From Salinirubrum litoreum (GTDB lineage: Archaea > Halobacteriota > Halobacteria > Halobacteriales > Haloferacaceae): a stretch of 64,000 nucleotides of DNA. Below are positions 40,729 through 51,146 of the stretch, one piece after another. The translations under genes and the position numbers were made by a program. The DNA lies in contig NZ_JAJCVJ010000002.1 of NCBI RefSeq assembly GCF_020567425.1, forward strand, positions 535,068 through 599,067. Direction: 5' to 3'. The notes beneath the pieces were generated by a model. The model did no database searches, was not told the origin of the DNA, and was given only the letters and a program-made list of their open reading frames with translations. The number at the start of each line of letters is the position of its first letter. Within the stretch, counting starts at the first letter, position 1.

Positions 40729-41100
40729 ATGCCCTCCGCCTCCACTGCGCCGCTCGGAGTCAAGCTGATCTGTCTGCTCGGTCTCGTCAGCGTCTTCCTC
40801 TCGCTGCTCGCCGGGACCGCCCTCCTCGCCAGCGGGACGGTCCTCGGTGGGTTCGCCGGACTGCTCGTTCTCGGTCTCGCCTTCGTCCAGGCCGGTGTTC
40901 TCTGGGGGCTGTGGACCGTGAAACGGTGGGCGTGGACCGCGGCGGTCGTGAGCTACTCGCTCGGGGTCTCGTTGGCTCTCGTCGAGTTGCTCGCGGGCGA
41001 CCTCGATGCAGTCGTCCGACTCCTGCTCGGGGCTGCGGTCGTCGCGTACGTCTACAGCACCCGGTCGGTCTACCGCCGCGAGGTGGTCCCGACAGGGTGA
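40729..41100 (+). CDS. small membrane protein (paralog of 28010..28348)
   Basis: Shares RWAW and VAYVYSTR motifs with 28010..28348. Confidence 0.5.
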   Translation: MPSASTAPLGVKLICLLGLVSVFLSLLAGTALLASGTVLGGFAGLLVLGLAFVQAGVLWGLWTVKRWAWTAAVVSYSLGVSLALVELLAGDLDAVVRLLLGAAVVAYVYSTRSVYRREVVPTG

Positions 41101-41191
41101 GGTCGCCACACTCGCGCTGCTCCCGCAACCACAACCACGCGCTGCTCCCGCAACCACAACCACCATCACCCCTGCCCGCACAGCCACGGCC

Positions 41192-42091
41192 ATGCAACTG
41201 GGCGTGATCGGACTGGGGCGCATGGGTCAGATCGTCGTGGAACGCTGTCTCGCCGACGGACACGAGGTCGTCGCCTTCGACCTCGACCCCGAAGCGGTGG
41301 CGACCGCCGCCGACGCCGGGGCGACGCCGGCCGAGTCGGTCGCCGACCTCGCGGACAGACTGGGCGACGAGAAACGCATCTGGCTGATGGTCCCCGCAGG
41401 CGACGCGGTGGACGCGACGCTCGACGACCTCGACCCGCACCTCGACGGCGAGGACGTCGTCGTCGACGGCGGCAACTCCCACTTCGAGGCGTCGGCCCGC
41501 CGGGCCGAGGCGACCGACGCGGCGTACCTCGACTGCGGCACCTCCGGCGGTCCCGCGGGTGCGGAACTGGGCTTCTCGCTGATGATCGGCGGTCCCGAGT
41601 GGGCCTACGAGGCGATGACACCCGTCTTCGACGCGGTGGCGACCGGCCCCGCCGGCCACGACCGGATGGGTGCGTCCGGATCGGGTCACTACGTCAAGAT
41701 GGTCCACAACGGCGTCGAGTACGCGCTGATGCAGGCCTACGGCGAGGGCTTCGAACTCCTGCACGAGGGTCGGTACGATCTCGATCTGGAGGCTGTCGCC
41801 CGCACGTGGAACAACGGTGCGGTGATCCGGTCGTGGTTGCTCGAACTCTGTGAGGAGGCGTTCCGCGAGGAGGGGACCGACCTCGGCGACGTGGCCGATC
41901 ACGTGGCCGGTGGGTCGACCGGCACCTGGACGGTCCAGGAGGCACTCGAACAGGAGATTCCGGTCCCGCTCATCTATCAGGCACTCTCGGAGCGGTTCGG
42001 GTCGCGCGCCCCCGAGTCGGGGCGGTTCTCCCGGCGACTCGCCAACCGTCTCCGGTACGGCTTCGGTCGACACGAGGTCCAGCGCGACTGA
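41192..42091 (+). CDS. gnd: 6-phosphogluconate dehydrogenase, short-form NAD(P)-binding (GndA-like)
   Basis: GLGRMG Rossmann motif and 6PGDH C-terminal region; 299 aa. Confidence 0.7.
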   Translation: MQLGVIGLGRMGQIVVERCLADGHEVVAFDLDPEAVATAADAGATPAESVADLADRLGDEKRIWLMVPAGDAVDATLDDLDPHLDGEDVVVDGGNSHFEASARRAEATDAAYLDCGTSGGPAGAELGFSLMIGGPEWAYEAMTPVFDAVATGPAGHDRMGASGSGHYVKMVHNGVEYALMQAYGEGFELLHEGRYDLDLEAVARTWNNGAVIRSWLLELCEEAFREEGTDLGDVADHVAGGSTGTWTVQEALEQEIPVPLIYQALSERFGSRAPESGRFSRRLANRLRYGFGRHEVQRD

Positions 42092-42186
42092 CCCGCCGGG
42101 CATCACTGTCGCCGTCCGCCGGGATGCTCTCGGCGGCAGTCGCCGGGAGACGGGGCTTTTTCGCCCGGCGACACGTGACACACCAC

Positions 42187-42948
42187 GTGACCTTCAGCAT
42201 CTGCGTGCGAGAGGAGTACACCGACGAGGAGGGCGACGAGCACCTGCGCTTCGGCGTCGCCGTCACGACTCGCCTGCCCGCCGTGGGGACGCTCTGTCCG
42301 TTCGCCAACGAACACGGCGCGGTGGCGACACAGAGCCTCGTGAACGTCGAACTCGGCCGGAAGGGGATCGAGTACCTCGCGGACGGTCTGGCGGTCGAGA
42401 AGGCGCTGGACGCCCTGCTGGACGCAGACGAGGGGAGCGCCCAGCGGCAGCTCCACGGGGTCGACGCGGACGGCGAGTTCACCTTCTCCGGCGACGAGTG
42501 CAACGACTGGTACGGTCACCTCGCCGGTGACGGCTACACCGTCGCCGGGAACCTGCTGACCGGCGAGTCGGTGATCGAGGCGGTCGCCGACGAGTACGAG
42601 GCGGCGGCACCCGAGACCGGCGCGGCGGAGGACGCGGCCGACCCACTGGCGAAGCGTCTCGTCGACGCACTTGCGGCCGGGCACGCACAGGGCGGCGACA
42701 AGCGCGAAGACCTGCCGGTCCAGAGTGCGGCGCTGAAGGTGACCCGCACCGAGGAGCGAGAGCTGTCGCCGTACTACGACGACCTCCGGGTCGACGCCAC
42801 CGAGACGCCCATCCGCGACCTCCGGGAGACGTTCGCCGAGGCCGAACGCGGCTTCGAGATGGCCGTCGAGCGCTACGCCGACGCCTACGAGGAGGACGAC
42901 ATCGACGCCGCCGAGGGCGACGAGGAGACCGTCGACGCCGGGGAGTGA
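42187..42948 (+). CDS. DUF1028 family protein, second paralog
   Basis: GTG start giving (M)TFSICVRE; shares conserved blocks with 12458..13384. Confidence 0.55.
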   Translation: MTFSICVREEYTDEEGDEHLRFGVAVTTRLPAVGTLCPFANEHGAVATQSLVNVELGRKGIEYLADGLAVEKALDALLDADEGSAQRQLHGVDADGEFTFSGDECNDWYGHLAGDGYTVAGNLLTGESVIEAVADEYEAAAPETGAAEDAADPLAKRLVDALAAGHAQGGDKREDLPVQSAALKVTRTEERELSPYYDDLRVDATETPIRDLRETFAEAERGFEMAVERYADAYEEDDIDAAEGDEETVDAGE

Positions 42949-43098
42949 CCGGTCGGTCTCGCCGACGCGGAACCGATGGTGACGGGTACTCGGTTCACTG
43001 ATAATCTTTCTGGCGTCGACGGGGTTCGATGGCGTCGCTCCGGCGGGAACCGCCCGCAGGCGCGCGGCCTTCGTTGTGAAGCGTTGACACGGTGCGAA

Positions 43099-43106
43099 GA
43101 GTTTAA
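43099..43106 (+). promoter_or_regulatory. TATA-like box upstream of the zinc-ribbon micro-ORF
   Basis: tttaaatg about 27 bp upstream of the GTG at 43132. Confidence 0.3.
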
Positions 43107-43131
43107 ATGTGTGTGACAGTGTGGCTCGAAT

Positions 43132-43284
43132 GTGCCGAAAGTTCATTGCTCAGACTGTGGCCGGGACATCGGGATGCACGAACTCGAAGCGAAGACCGTG
43201 GCACAGTCGAGTGGGTTCAACACGCGCTATCGCTGTCCGTTCTGTCGGGCGGACGTCGGCGACGTGTCTGACAACTTCGTCTAG
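43132..43284 (+). CDS. zinc-ribbon micro-protein (2x CxxC), not in the ORF track
   Basis: Frame +1 translation VPKVHCSDCGRDIGMHELEAKTVAQSSGFNTRYRCPFCRADVGDVSDNFV; two CxxC pairs about 27 aa apart; acidic C-terminus. Confidence 0.4.
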   Translation: MPKVHCSDCGRDIGMHELEAKTVAQSSGFNTRYRCPFCRADVGDVSDNFV

Positions 43285-43562
43285 ACGCGACGTGGCGCGG
43301 GCGACACTCACCTTTTTCTGCGACCGTCGGGGCGTGTCGAGTCCGCCGTGAGTGGGCTGGGACGCTGGTGGGTCGGTCTGTGGCGTGAACGCCGAGGGGT
43401 CGGTCGTGACGGACGGCCGGTGACCGTCCCCGACCGCTGGCGATCGGAAGGAGACACCATCTCTCGGAATCCGGGACAGTCCATCCCGGCGTCGTGTGGT
43501 GATCCGCACCACGGCGTTGCGCGCTCCGAAACCGTTTTCAACGGGCCTCGCACACACTCGGT

Positions 43563-45248
43563 ATGCCGACGGAACCCGAGACAGGGTACGACCCGGATCT
43601 GGGTCGGAAGTTCGTTTTCGTGACCGGGGGTGTGATGTCCGGGCTGGGCAAGGGAATCACGGCCGCCAGCACCGGGAGACTACTGGCCAACGCCGGCTTC
43701 GACGTGACGGCAGTCAAGATCGACCCGTACCTCAACGTCGATGCCGGGACGATGAACCCCTACCAGCACGGGGAGGTGTACGTCCTGAAGGACGGCGGCG
43801 AGGTCGACCTCGACCTGGGGAACTACGAGCGCTTCCTCGGGACCGACATGACCTCCGACCACAACGTCACGACCGGGAAGGTCTACAAGCAGGTCATCGA
43901 GAAGGAACGCGCCGGCGACTACCTCGGGAAGACCGTCCAGATCATCCCGCACGTCACCGACGACATCAAGCGTCGAGTCCGCGAGGCGGCGGAGGGCTCC
44001 GACGTCTGCATCGTCGAGGTCGGCGGCACCGTGGGCGACATCGAGGGGATGCCGTACCTCGAAGCCCTCCGGCAGTTCGCCCACGAGGAGGACGACGGCG
44101 ACATCCTCTTCACCCACGTCACGCTGGTTCCGTACTCGAAGAACGGCGAGCAGAAGACGAAGCCGACCCAGCACTCCGTGAAGGAACTGCGGAGCATCGG
44201 GCTCCAGCCGGACATCCTCGTCGGGCGCTCGACGAACAAACTCGACCCCGACACGCGCGAGAAGATCGCGCTGTTCTGTGACGTGCCGACCGACGCGGTG
44301 TTCTCGAACCCGGACGTGGAGGACATCTACCACGTCCCGCTGATGGTCGAAGAGGAGGGACTCGACGAGTACGTGATGGAGCGACTCGACCTGACGAGCG
44401 AGGCGCTCCCCCGCGAGGAGCGCGACAGCCGCTGGCGCGAGATCGTCACCCGCGAGAAGACCGGCGAGGTGGAGATCGCGCTGGTCGGCAAGTACGACCT
44501 CGAAGACGCCTACATGTCGGTCCACGAGGCGCTGAAACACGCCGGCCTCGAACACAACGTCGAGGTGACCGTCACGTGGTGTGACTCCGACAAGATGCAC
44601 GACGCCCACCGCGAGCGTATCCGCGAGGCGGACGGCGTCGTGGTGCCGGGTGGCTTCGGCTCTCGCGGCACCGAGGGCAAGATCGAGGCGATCCGGTACG
44701 CCCGCGAGAACGACGTGCCCTTCCTCGGGCTCTGTCTCGGCTTCCAGATGGCGGTCGTGGAGTACGCCCGGAACGTCCTCGGCCTGGAGGGCGCACATTC
44801 TGCGGAACTCGACCCCGAGACGCCACACCCGGTCATCGACCTCCTGCCCGAGCAGAAAGAGCTCGACGACATGGGCGGGACGATGCGGCTCGGTGCCCAC
44901 GAGACGGACATCCGGCCGGACACCCTCGCACACGAGGTCTACGGCGCGGACGCCTGTACCGAGCGCCACCGCCACCGTTACGAGGTGAACCCCGCGTACA
45001 TCGACGACCTCGAAGCTGGCGACCTCGTCTTCTCCGGCACCGCCGGTCGTCGGATGGAGATCGTCGAACTCGACGACCACCCGTACTTCCTCGGGACGCA
45101 GTTCCACCCCGAGTTTCGGTCGCGGCCAGACCGAGCGAGTCCGCCCTTCGTCGGTCTCGTCGACGCGGTGCTGGACCGCGTCGCGGCCCGCGAGGACGGG
45201 GAGCCAGCCGACAGCACCGCCGACGAGACGGAGGTGGAGGCCCGATGA
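43563..45248 (+). CDS. pyrG: CTP synthase
   Basis: 561 aa; N-terminal synthetase domain ([10 protein letters not shown]) and C-terminal GATase with catalytic GLCLGFQ. Confidence 0.9.
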   Translation: MPTEPETGYDPDLGRKFVFVTGGVMSGLGKGITAASTGRLLANAGFDVTAVKIDPYLNVDAGTMNPYQHGEVYVLKDGGEVDLDLGNYERFLGTDMTSDHNVTTGKVYKQVIEKERAGDYLGKTVQIIPHVTDDIKRRVREAAEGSDVCIVEVGGTVGDIEGMPYLEALRQFAHEEDDGDILFTHVTLVPYSKNGEQKTKPTQHSVKELRSIGLQPDILVGRSTNKLDPDTREKIALFCDVPTDAVFSNPDVEDIYHVPLMVEEEGLDEYVMERLDLTSEALPREERDSRWREIVTREKTGEVEIALVGKYDLEDAYMSVHEALKHAGLEHNVEVTVTWCDSDKMHDAHRERIREADGVVVPGGFGSRGTEGKIEAIRYARENDVPFLGLCLGFQMAVVEYARNVLGLEGAHSAELDPETPHPVIDLLPEQKELDDMGGTMRLGAHETDIRPDTLAHEVYGADACTERHRHRYEVNPAYIDDLEAGDLVFSGTAGRRMEIVELDDHPYFLGTQFHPEFRSRPDRASPPFVGLVDAVLDRVAAREDGEPADSTADETEVEAR

Positions 45249-46162
45249 TCGACGTCGAAGCGTTCATCAAGGAGGCGACCGCCGAAATTCGACAAGAGGT
45301 CGGCGACGCGAACGCGATCATCGCGCTGTCGGGCGGCGTGGACTCCTCTGTCGCGGCCGCCCTCGCCTACCGTGCCATCGGCGACCAGTTGACGCCGGTG
45401 TACGTCGACACCGGCCTGATGCGGAAGGGCGAGACAGAGCAGATCCGCGAGACGTTCAGCTACATGGACTCCCTGCGCATCGTCGAGGCGCAGGACCGCT
45501 TCGTCGGCGCACTCGAAGGCGTCACCGACCCCGAGGAGAAGCGGCACGTCATCGGCGAGCAGTTCATCCGCGAGTTCGAGCGTGAAGCGCGCGACACCGA
45601 CGCCGACTACCTCGTGCAGGGGACCATCTACCCCGACCGCATCGAGTCGGAGGGGAACATCAAGTCCCACCACAACGTCGGCGGCCTGCCGGACGCGGTC
45701 GACTTCGAGGGCATCGTCGAACCGGTCCGCGAGCGCTACAAGGACGAGGTCCGCGAGGTCGCCCGCGAACTCGGCCTCGAATCGGTCGTCTCCGAGCGCA
45801 TGCCGTTCCCCGGGCCGGGCCTCGCGGTCCGGATCGTCGGCGAGGTGACCGCAGAGAAGTTGGAGGTCGCCCGCGACGCGACTCACGTCGTCGAGGACGA
45901 GGTGGCGAAACACGACCCGTGGCAGGCCTTCGCCGCGGTCCTGGGGAAGGCGACCGGCGTGAAGGGCGACAACCGCGTCCACGGCTGGGTCGTCGCGGTG
46001 CGGTCGGTCGAGAGCCGCGACGGGATGACGGCCCGCGCGCAGGAACTGCCGTGGGAGACGCTCCAGCGCATCCAGAGTCGCATCACGGGGACGAACGACA
46101 ACGTCTCGCGGGTGGTCTACGACGTGACGCACAAGCCGCCCGCGACGATCGAGTACGAGTGA
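45245..46162 (+). CDS. guaA: GMP synthase (glutamine-hydrolysing) subunit B, ATP pyrophosphatase
   Basis: [10 protein letters not shown]-loop; 305 aa; start overlaps the pyrG stop. Confidence 0.9.
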   Translation: MIDVEAFIKEATAEIRQEVGDANAIIALSGGVDSSVAAALAYRAIGDQLTPVYVDTGLMRKGETEQIRETFSYMDSLRIVEAQDRFVGALEGVTDPEEKRHVIGEQFIREFEREARDTDADYLVQGTIYPDRIESEGNIKSHHNVGGLPDAVDFEGIVEPVRERYKDEVREVARELGLESVVSERMPFPGPGLAVRIVGEVTAEKLEVARDATHVVEDEVAKHDPWQAFAAVLGKATGVKGDNRVHGWVVAVRSVESRDGMTARAQELPWETLQRIQSRITGTNDNVSRVVYDVTHKPPATIEYE

Positions 46163-46166
46163 TACG

Positions 46167-46493
46167 ATGATCGCAATCGTCGCAGGCACGGACGAGGACG
46201 GACTGGGCGAGGCTCTCGAGAGCGAGGGTGTCGAAGTACGACGGATCGACGGGCTGGCGACCGGCGAGACGCTCAAGTCGGCGGGCATCGCGGCGGCGGA
46301 CCTGTTCGTCCTGACGGACACCAGTGACGCGACCGCGATTCCGGTGGCGAAGGACGCGAACCCCGAGATCCGGGTCGTGTTGTACGCCCGCGACTCCCTG
46401 CCGGAGTTCGCCAAGGGGCAGGCCGATCTGGCGGTCGATCCGGCGCTGTTGTCTGTCGATGTCGTGGCCGAAGAACTGGTCGATACTGCGTGA
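46167..46493 (+). CDS. small Rossmann-like hypothetical protein
   Basis: 108 aa directly following guaA; weak TrkA-N-like pattern. Confidence 0.4.
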   Translation: MIAIVAGTDEDGLGEALESEGVEVRRIDGLATGETLKSAGIAAADLFVLTDTSDATAIPVAKDANPEIRVVLYARDSLPEFAKGQADLAVDPALLSVDVVAEELVDTA

Positions 46494-46499
46494 GGGATT

Positions 46500-47450
46500 C
46501 GGTCGGGGTGTAGGCGAACAGCACTCGGCGACCTGTTTCGAGACGAGTGTGGTGCCGATCGGACTGTCGTCGTGAACGGCCGTGATGGCACTCGCACCGC
46601 AACCCCGACAGCATCCGCCACCGTAACCACGACTGAAACAGCATCCGCCACCGCGACCGCCGCGAGTAGTAGCGCGAGGAACCGCACCCGCACAGCACCG
46701 TGACCGCACCTCGTCCTCCCCAGCCTCGCCGGATGCTCTCCGCACCGCCCGCATCCGGCTCCCTCGCGCGCGTCGGAGTCGCGCGCGCCGGGTTCGAGGT
46801 GAAGGCTCACGCGACACTCGTCATCCGATAATTCCGGCGACAGCCTCGGAATCCGAGCGGATGCGATCTGCTGGCGACCGGAACCGAGCAGTGCCGGAAC
46901 GACAGTGGAGGCCTGCTCGCAGGCCGCGTCGCCAGCAGTCGGGGAGGAGTGGGGACTACTACGACGACCGGATTCAAGACCAGCAGACGATACGCCGGGT
47001 GACGACCAGTGGCGACAGGATGGGACACAAATCTCGGGTGGGACTGAAAGGGGCCGGTCTCTCGATCCATCCCGGACGACGCAAGCCGGGCGGGACCGGA
47101 GGTCCCGCTGGAAACCGGCGCGCCGCGCCGGTGACAGAGCGAGACCGGAGGTCTCGCCAGCAGTCGGGCGACTCTCGGGTCACCCGACAACACTGGACTG
47201 AGGGAGAGCCGGCCTGCCGGCTCTCCCGAGGGAAGCGCGCAGGGGAGTCCCGGAGGTCTTCGTGAGCCTGCGAACGAAGGCTTGTCAGAGCTTGCCTCTG
47301 ACAGTGGTCGAGAGACCGGGGGCTTTCACCGCTCGTCGTACGTGACCGATCCAACCGAGTTGTTGACGACCGATCCGACCGACTTCACAGCAAAAACGCA
47401 TCCAACCGAGTTCACACGTCGACACAACGTTTACTCCCCCACCACTCGAC
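46500..47450 (+). repeat. dispersed structured repeat, copy C (long composite form, plus orientation)
   Basis: Low-complexity GC-rich left part (46500-46860) followed by the conserved hairpin-rich modules; ends 8 bp before the cupin gene start. Confidence 0.7.
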
Positions 47451-47458
47451 CATCCGGT

Positions 47459-47779
47459 ATGCTCGACTGCTACGACGTCCCCGACGCAGACCCCGGCGAA
47501 GTCGCCTCCGGCGAACTGGTCGTCAGCGACGACGTCCTCGTCAAAGTGTTCGCACTCGGTCCCGGCGCGGAACTCCCCGCCCACGAACACGGCGACAGCA
47601 CCAACGTCTTCCACGTGCTGGAGGGCACCGTCACCGTCCTGCAGGACGACACAGAAGAGGAGATCACCGCACCGGGCGTCGTCCACCACGAACGCGGACG
47701 GGCACACGGCGCGCGCAACGACACCGACGAGGTGGTCGTCTTCACAGCGAGTCTCGCGCCGATGCCCGGCAGTGGCTGA
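47459..47779 (+). CDS. cupin domain protein
   Basis: LPAHEHGDSTNVFHVLEGT cupin motif. Confidence 0.6.
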   Translation: MLDCYDVPDADPGEVASGELVVSDDVLVKVFALGPGAELPAHEHGDSTNVFHVLEGTVTVLQDDTEEEITAPGVVHHERGRAHGARNDTDEVVVFTASLAPMPGSG

Positions 47780-47812
47780 GTCGGCGGTCACCGACCGAGC
47801 GTAGAGAGAGAA

Positions 47813-48340
47813 TCAGGGTTCGAGAGTCGAAAGCGCCGCCTCGCTGTCGCCGTCCAGTCTCCGGAGCAACTCGCGCGCCTCGCTCCTCGCCTCGTCGTCC
47901 ACCGAGACGAGCACCATCCCCTCGCCCGGTTGGCCGTAGACGACCGACCCGCCGGTCGGGACCGCGACCATCGCCGGCAGAGTGGCGAGGTCCTCCTCAC
48001 CCTCGACGACGATCACGGTCGGCTCCGCGCTGTCGAGGGCGTCGACCAGCGCCCGGAGGAGGTCCTCGGAGAGGGTCGCCTGCGCGTTCTCGACTTCGAC
48101 TCTGTGAGCCTCCCCGTCCAGCACGCGAGCGATCTCGTCGCTCACCGCCTCGCGTTCGGTCTGCCCGTCTATCACCGCGACCTGCGGTTCGTGGCCGGCC
48201 TGCCGGAGGTGGTACGTCACTACGTCGCCGACCGCGACGAGGGGCGTACCGGCGTCCGCGAGCAGTCGCTCGGCGTCGGTGTAGACCGGGCCGAACGGCT
48301 CTTTGAACGCCCCGCGCAGATCGTCGGGGAGTCGGAGCAT
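47813..48340 (-). CDS. DUF359 protein, candidate GTP-dependent dephospho-CoA kinase
   Basis: 175 aa; DUF359-like pattern (AVGDVVT...VAVIDGQTER); sits in the conserved rpoE'/spt4 neighbourhood. Confidence 0.55.
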   Translation of the reverse strand: MLRLPDDLRGAFKEPFGPVYTDAERLLADAGTPLVAVGDVVTYHLRQAGHEPQVAVIDGQTEREAVSDEIARVLDGEAHRVEVENAQATLSEDLLRALVDALDSAEPTVIVVEGEEDLATLPAMVAVPTGGSVVYGQPGEGMVLVSVDDEARSEARELLRRLDGDSEAALSTLEP

Positions 48341-48344
48341 CGCC

Positions 48345-48542
48345 CTACCGGACCTTCAGCGCGTACGAGCCGGGTTCGGTCACTTCCATCCCCTCGGCGA
48401 CCTCGCTCTTCTCGGGGTGGGTGATGATGACCAGCCCGGCCCAGTCCTCCGAGAGACTGGAGGAGCCACACGACGGACAGGTGTTCGCGTCGGGATCGAC
48501 GACCCGGTGGCACTCCCGACAGACGAGTCGATCCTGCGCCAT
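48345..48542 (-). CDS. spt4: transcription elongation factor Spt4 / RNA polymerase subunit E''
   Basis: 65 aa; CRECHRVV...CPSCGS zinc ribbon; immediately downstream of rpoE'. Confidence 0.8.
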   Translation of the reverse strand: MAQDRLVCRECHRVVDPDANTCPSCGSSSLSEDWAGLVIITHPEKSEVAEGMEVTEPGSYALKVR

Positions 48543-49114
48543 CAGTTACCCTCCGCCTGCGCCTCGCGCTTCTGGCGTTCGGCTTCGAGCCAGCCGTGCT
48601 TGCCGAGTCCTGGCTGTTTGGCCGTCAGGCCGATCTTCGAGTCGCGCGGGTTGCGCTCGTCGATACTCTTCGTGACGATGCGGACCCGGACCGGGTCGCC
48701 GACGCCGAGCGTCTGGTTGGACTCGGTCGAGGCGAGTTGCTGGTTCTCGCCGTCGTAAGCGAGGTACTCGTCGGAGATCTGTGAGACGTGGAGCAGGCCG
48801 TCGACGGGACCGATCCCGACGAACGCCCCGAACTCCACGACCTCGACGACCTGTCCGTCGACGACCTCCTGCATCTGGGGGTCGAAGGTGATCGCGTCGA
48901 ACTCCGCCTCGTAGTAGACGCCGGGCCTGCTCGGCAGGACCGCGCCCTCACCCACGTCGTGGACCTTCACGACGCTGACGACGCTCCCCACGTCCTCGTC
49001 CATCCGTCCTTCGAGTTTGTCTTGGAGGAGTCGTTTGACTCGCTCCGGCGTCACGTCCGCGAGGTGCTCCGGCGGCACCTCCACCGTGTCTTTGAGTCGT
49101 ACCCGTTTGTACAT
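48542..49114 (-). CDS. rpoE: DNA-directed RNA polymerase subunit E' (Rpb7-like)
   Basis: 190 aa with S1-domain core (VVEVVEFGAFVGIGPVDGLLHVSQI). Confidence 0.85.
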   Translation of the reverse strand: MYKRVRLKDTVEVPPEHLADVTPERVKRLLQDKLEGRMDEDVGSVVSVVKVHDVGEGAVLPSRPGVYYEAEFDAITFDPQMQEVVDGQVVEVVEFGAFVGIGPVDGLLHVSQISDEYLAYDGENQQLASTESNQTLGVGDPVRVRIVTKSIDERNPRDSKIGLTAKQPGLGKHGWLEAERQKREAQAEGN

Positions 49115-49115
49115 G

Positions 49116-49499
49116 CTAAGGTTGTGTGATTGCCAGTGTGTTCCGACCCCTTAAACCGATTACCCGTACGCCGCGTTCGAGCAGGCGGTCCCGCAGGGGT
49201 CTGTCGTTCGTGACGACGTAGTCGACCTCGCCCGACGTGGCGAGTTCCACGACCGCGTCGTCGGCGTACGATGCCTCCGTCTCCACCGCAGTACAGCGGT
49301 CGGTCGCCAGGTCCAGTCCCACGCTGGCTGCGACACCCTCCTCGCCGCCGGACGCCGAGAGTTTCTCCAACTCGGCGACGACGGCGGTCGGCGTCACGAG
49401 GTCGGTCGGGCCGACCAGTCGGTCGAGTTCCTCGAAGACCCGCACGTCACCCTCGACCGGCAGCATCAGCGCGTTCGTGTCCACGGCGACCGTCACCAT
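49116..49499 (-). CDS. PIN-domain protein (conserved partner of the rpoE' cluster)
   Basis: 127 aa; PIN acidic residues (VDTNAL...VVTND). Confidence 0.6.
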   Translation of the reverse strand: MVTVAVDTNALMLPVEGDVRVFEELDRLVGPTDLVTPTAVVAELEKLSASGGEEGVAASVGLDLATDRCTAVETEASYADDAVVELATSGEVDYVVTNDRPLRDRLLERGVRVIGLRGRNTLAITQP

Positions 49500-50731
49500 C
49501 AGTCCTGTAAGGTGCCGATGCCGATCAGCCGCCAGCGCGCGCCGACGCGGCGGTTGATGGCGATCTTCGCGCCCGGTGGCGCACAGACCGGCCGCTTCAG
49601 GTTCACCTCACACTCGTCGCCGCGCGCGCTGGTGACCGCGCCGACGGTCGTCGCGGTCCCCACCGTGAGCATCAGCGGTTCGCCGGTCGAGATCGGTTCG
49701 ATCTCGTCGGTGCCACCGACCACGCGTTCGAGCAGTTCGACCGACATCTCGAAGCCATCCCACGTCGGCGGGAGGTGGCCGGGGTGCCCCGCGACCTGTC
49801 CCGCCAGCGCGTCACCCTTCGTGAGACTCGGGTCGAGACCGGTGCCGACGCCGACCAGTCCGCCGGGGCGGACCGTCTCGGACTGGGAACCACCGGACTG
49901 GAGCGAGCGCACCTCGCTCTCGATGGACTGCCACTCGGACTGGCCGCCCTCCTCGACCTCGCGGCCGGGACGGATCTCGATGTCGTCGCCGACCGACAGT
50001 TCGCCCTGCACGAGGCTCCCGCCGACGACGCCGCCGGAGAGGTTCTCCCACGTCGTCCCCGGTCGGTTGATGTCGAAACTGCGCGCGACGTGGAGCCGTG
50101 GATCCGCGTCCGGATCGCGGTCCGGCGTCGGGATCTCGCGCTCGATCGCGTCGATCAGCAGGTCCATGTTGACGTCCTGCTGGGCGCTGATCGGGACGAT
50201 GGGGGCGTCCTCCGCGACGGTCCCCTCCACGAACTCCTTGATCTGCTCGTAGTTGCGGACCGCCCGGTCGCGGTCGACGAGGTCGACCTTGTTCTGGGCG
50301 ATGACGATGTTGTCGATGCCGATGATGTCGAGCGCCATCAGGTGTTCTTCGGTCTGCGCCTGTGGCACCTCCTCGGTCGCCGAGACGACGAGGACGGCAC
50401 CGTCCATGATCGCCGCGCCCGACAGCATCGTCGCCATCAGGGTCTCGTGACCCGGCGCGTCCACGAACGAGACCGTGCGGACGACCTCGCTCGCCGAACC
50501 GTCCGGGCACTCCTCCTCGACCGTGTAGCAGTCGGGTGCCTCGACGCCCGGGCACTTGCGGAACGTCGCGTCCGCGTAGCCCAGTCGGATCGAGATTCCG
50601 CGTTTCATCTCCTCGCTGTGCTGGTCGGTCCACGACCCACTCAACGCCTGCACGAGTGTCGTCTTCCCGTGATCCACGTGGCCGACGAGTCCGATGTTCA
50701 CCTCCGGTTGTGTCTGTGTTTCAGTCACCAT
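49499..50731 (-). CDS. eif2g: translation initiation factor 2 subunit gamma
   Basis: [10 protein letters not shown]1 motif; zinc-knuckle cysteines; 410 aa. Confidence 0.9.
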   Translation of the reverse strand: MVTETQTQPEVNIGLVGHVDHGKTTLVQALSGSWTDQHSEEMKRGISIRLGYADATFRKCPGVEAPDCYTVEEECPDGSASEVVRTVSFVDAPGHETLMATMLSGAAIMDGAVLVVSATEEVPQAQTEEHLMALDIIGIDNIVIAQNKVDLVDRDRAVRNYEQIKEFVEGTVAEDAPIVPISAQQDVNMDLLIDAIEREIPTPDRDPDADPRLHVARSFDINRPGTTWENLSGGVVGGSLVQGELSVGDDIEIRPGREVEEGGQSEWQSIESEVRSLQSGGSQSETVRPGGLVGVGTGLDPSLTKGDALAGQVAGHPGHLPPTWDGFEMSVELLERVVGGTDEIEPISTGEPLMLTVGTATTVGAVTSARGDECEVNLKRPVCAPPGAKIAINRRVGARWRLIGIGTLQD

Positions 50732-50841
50732 TGACCTCCTGAGAGTAATCTTGGGTGAGATTGGTCCCGTGCCGCTGATAAAGTTGCTGTTCTCGCCGCG
50801 TGCGCGTGTGAGACGCTACCGAGGGGCGTCACCGACGCGGC

Positions 50842-51021
50842 TCACTCCTCGCCGCCGGCCCACCGGACGAACGCCAGCCAGTAGCCGACCACGAGCACCA
50901 GCAGTCCGTACCACACCGGTTCGGTGAACGACGGTTGCGGGACCACCCCGGCGGAGACGCCGACCATCGCGGCCAGCGCACAGCCGACACACACCAGCGA
51001 CACCAGCGCCCACCGATCCAT
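50842..51021 (-). CDS. small hypothetical membrane protein
   Basis: 59 aa, two hydrophobic helices; start at MDRWAL. Confidence 0.3.
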   Translation of the reverse strand: MDRWALVSLVCVGCALAAMVGVSAGVVPQPSFTEPVWYGLLVLVVGYWLAFVRWAGGEE

Positions 51022-51146
51022 ACTCACGGGTCGCAGGACACCGACAAGTGCGTGGCGGTCCTCGCTCGGGGGGCCGACAAGTGCGTGGCGGTCATCGCTC
51101 GGGCGACCGGGGTGTATTTTTGTCCGCCCGGCGGGAACGCCCGCCC

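Noticed and set aside
43109-43351. 80-aa ATG-initiated ORF overlapping the zinc-ribbon frame
   Set aside because: Arg/Ser-rich with no motif. The alternative frame gives a textbook 2x CxxC zinc ribbon with haloarchaeal acidic character, so that frame is preferred, although both remain unproven.
46500-47450. Possibility that the repeat copies are RNase P RNA, SRP RNA or a CRISPR array
   Set aside because: Seven or more diverged copies exclude single-copy housekeeping RNAs, and no universally conserved RNase P or SRP motifs were recognised. The copies are 0.3-0.9 kb and lack regular short repeat-spacer periodicity, so they are not CRISPR.
51041-51104. 32-bp tandem duplication (cgacaagtgcgtggcggtc[c/a]tcgctcgggg) upstream of a small membrane ORF
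   Set aside because: Noted as real, but too short and isolated to interpret. It may simply be a local slippage duplication in an N-terminal extension or 5' region.
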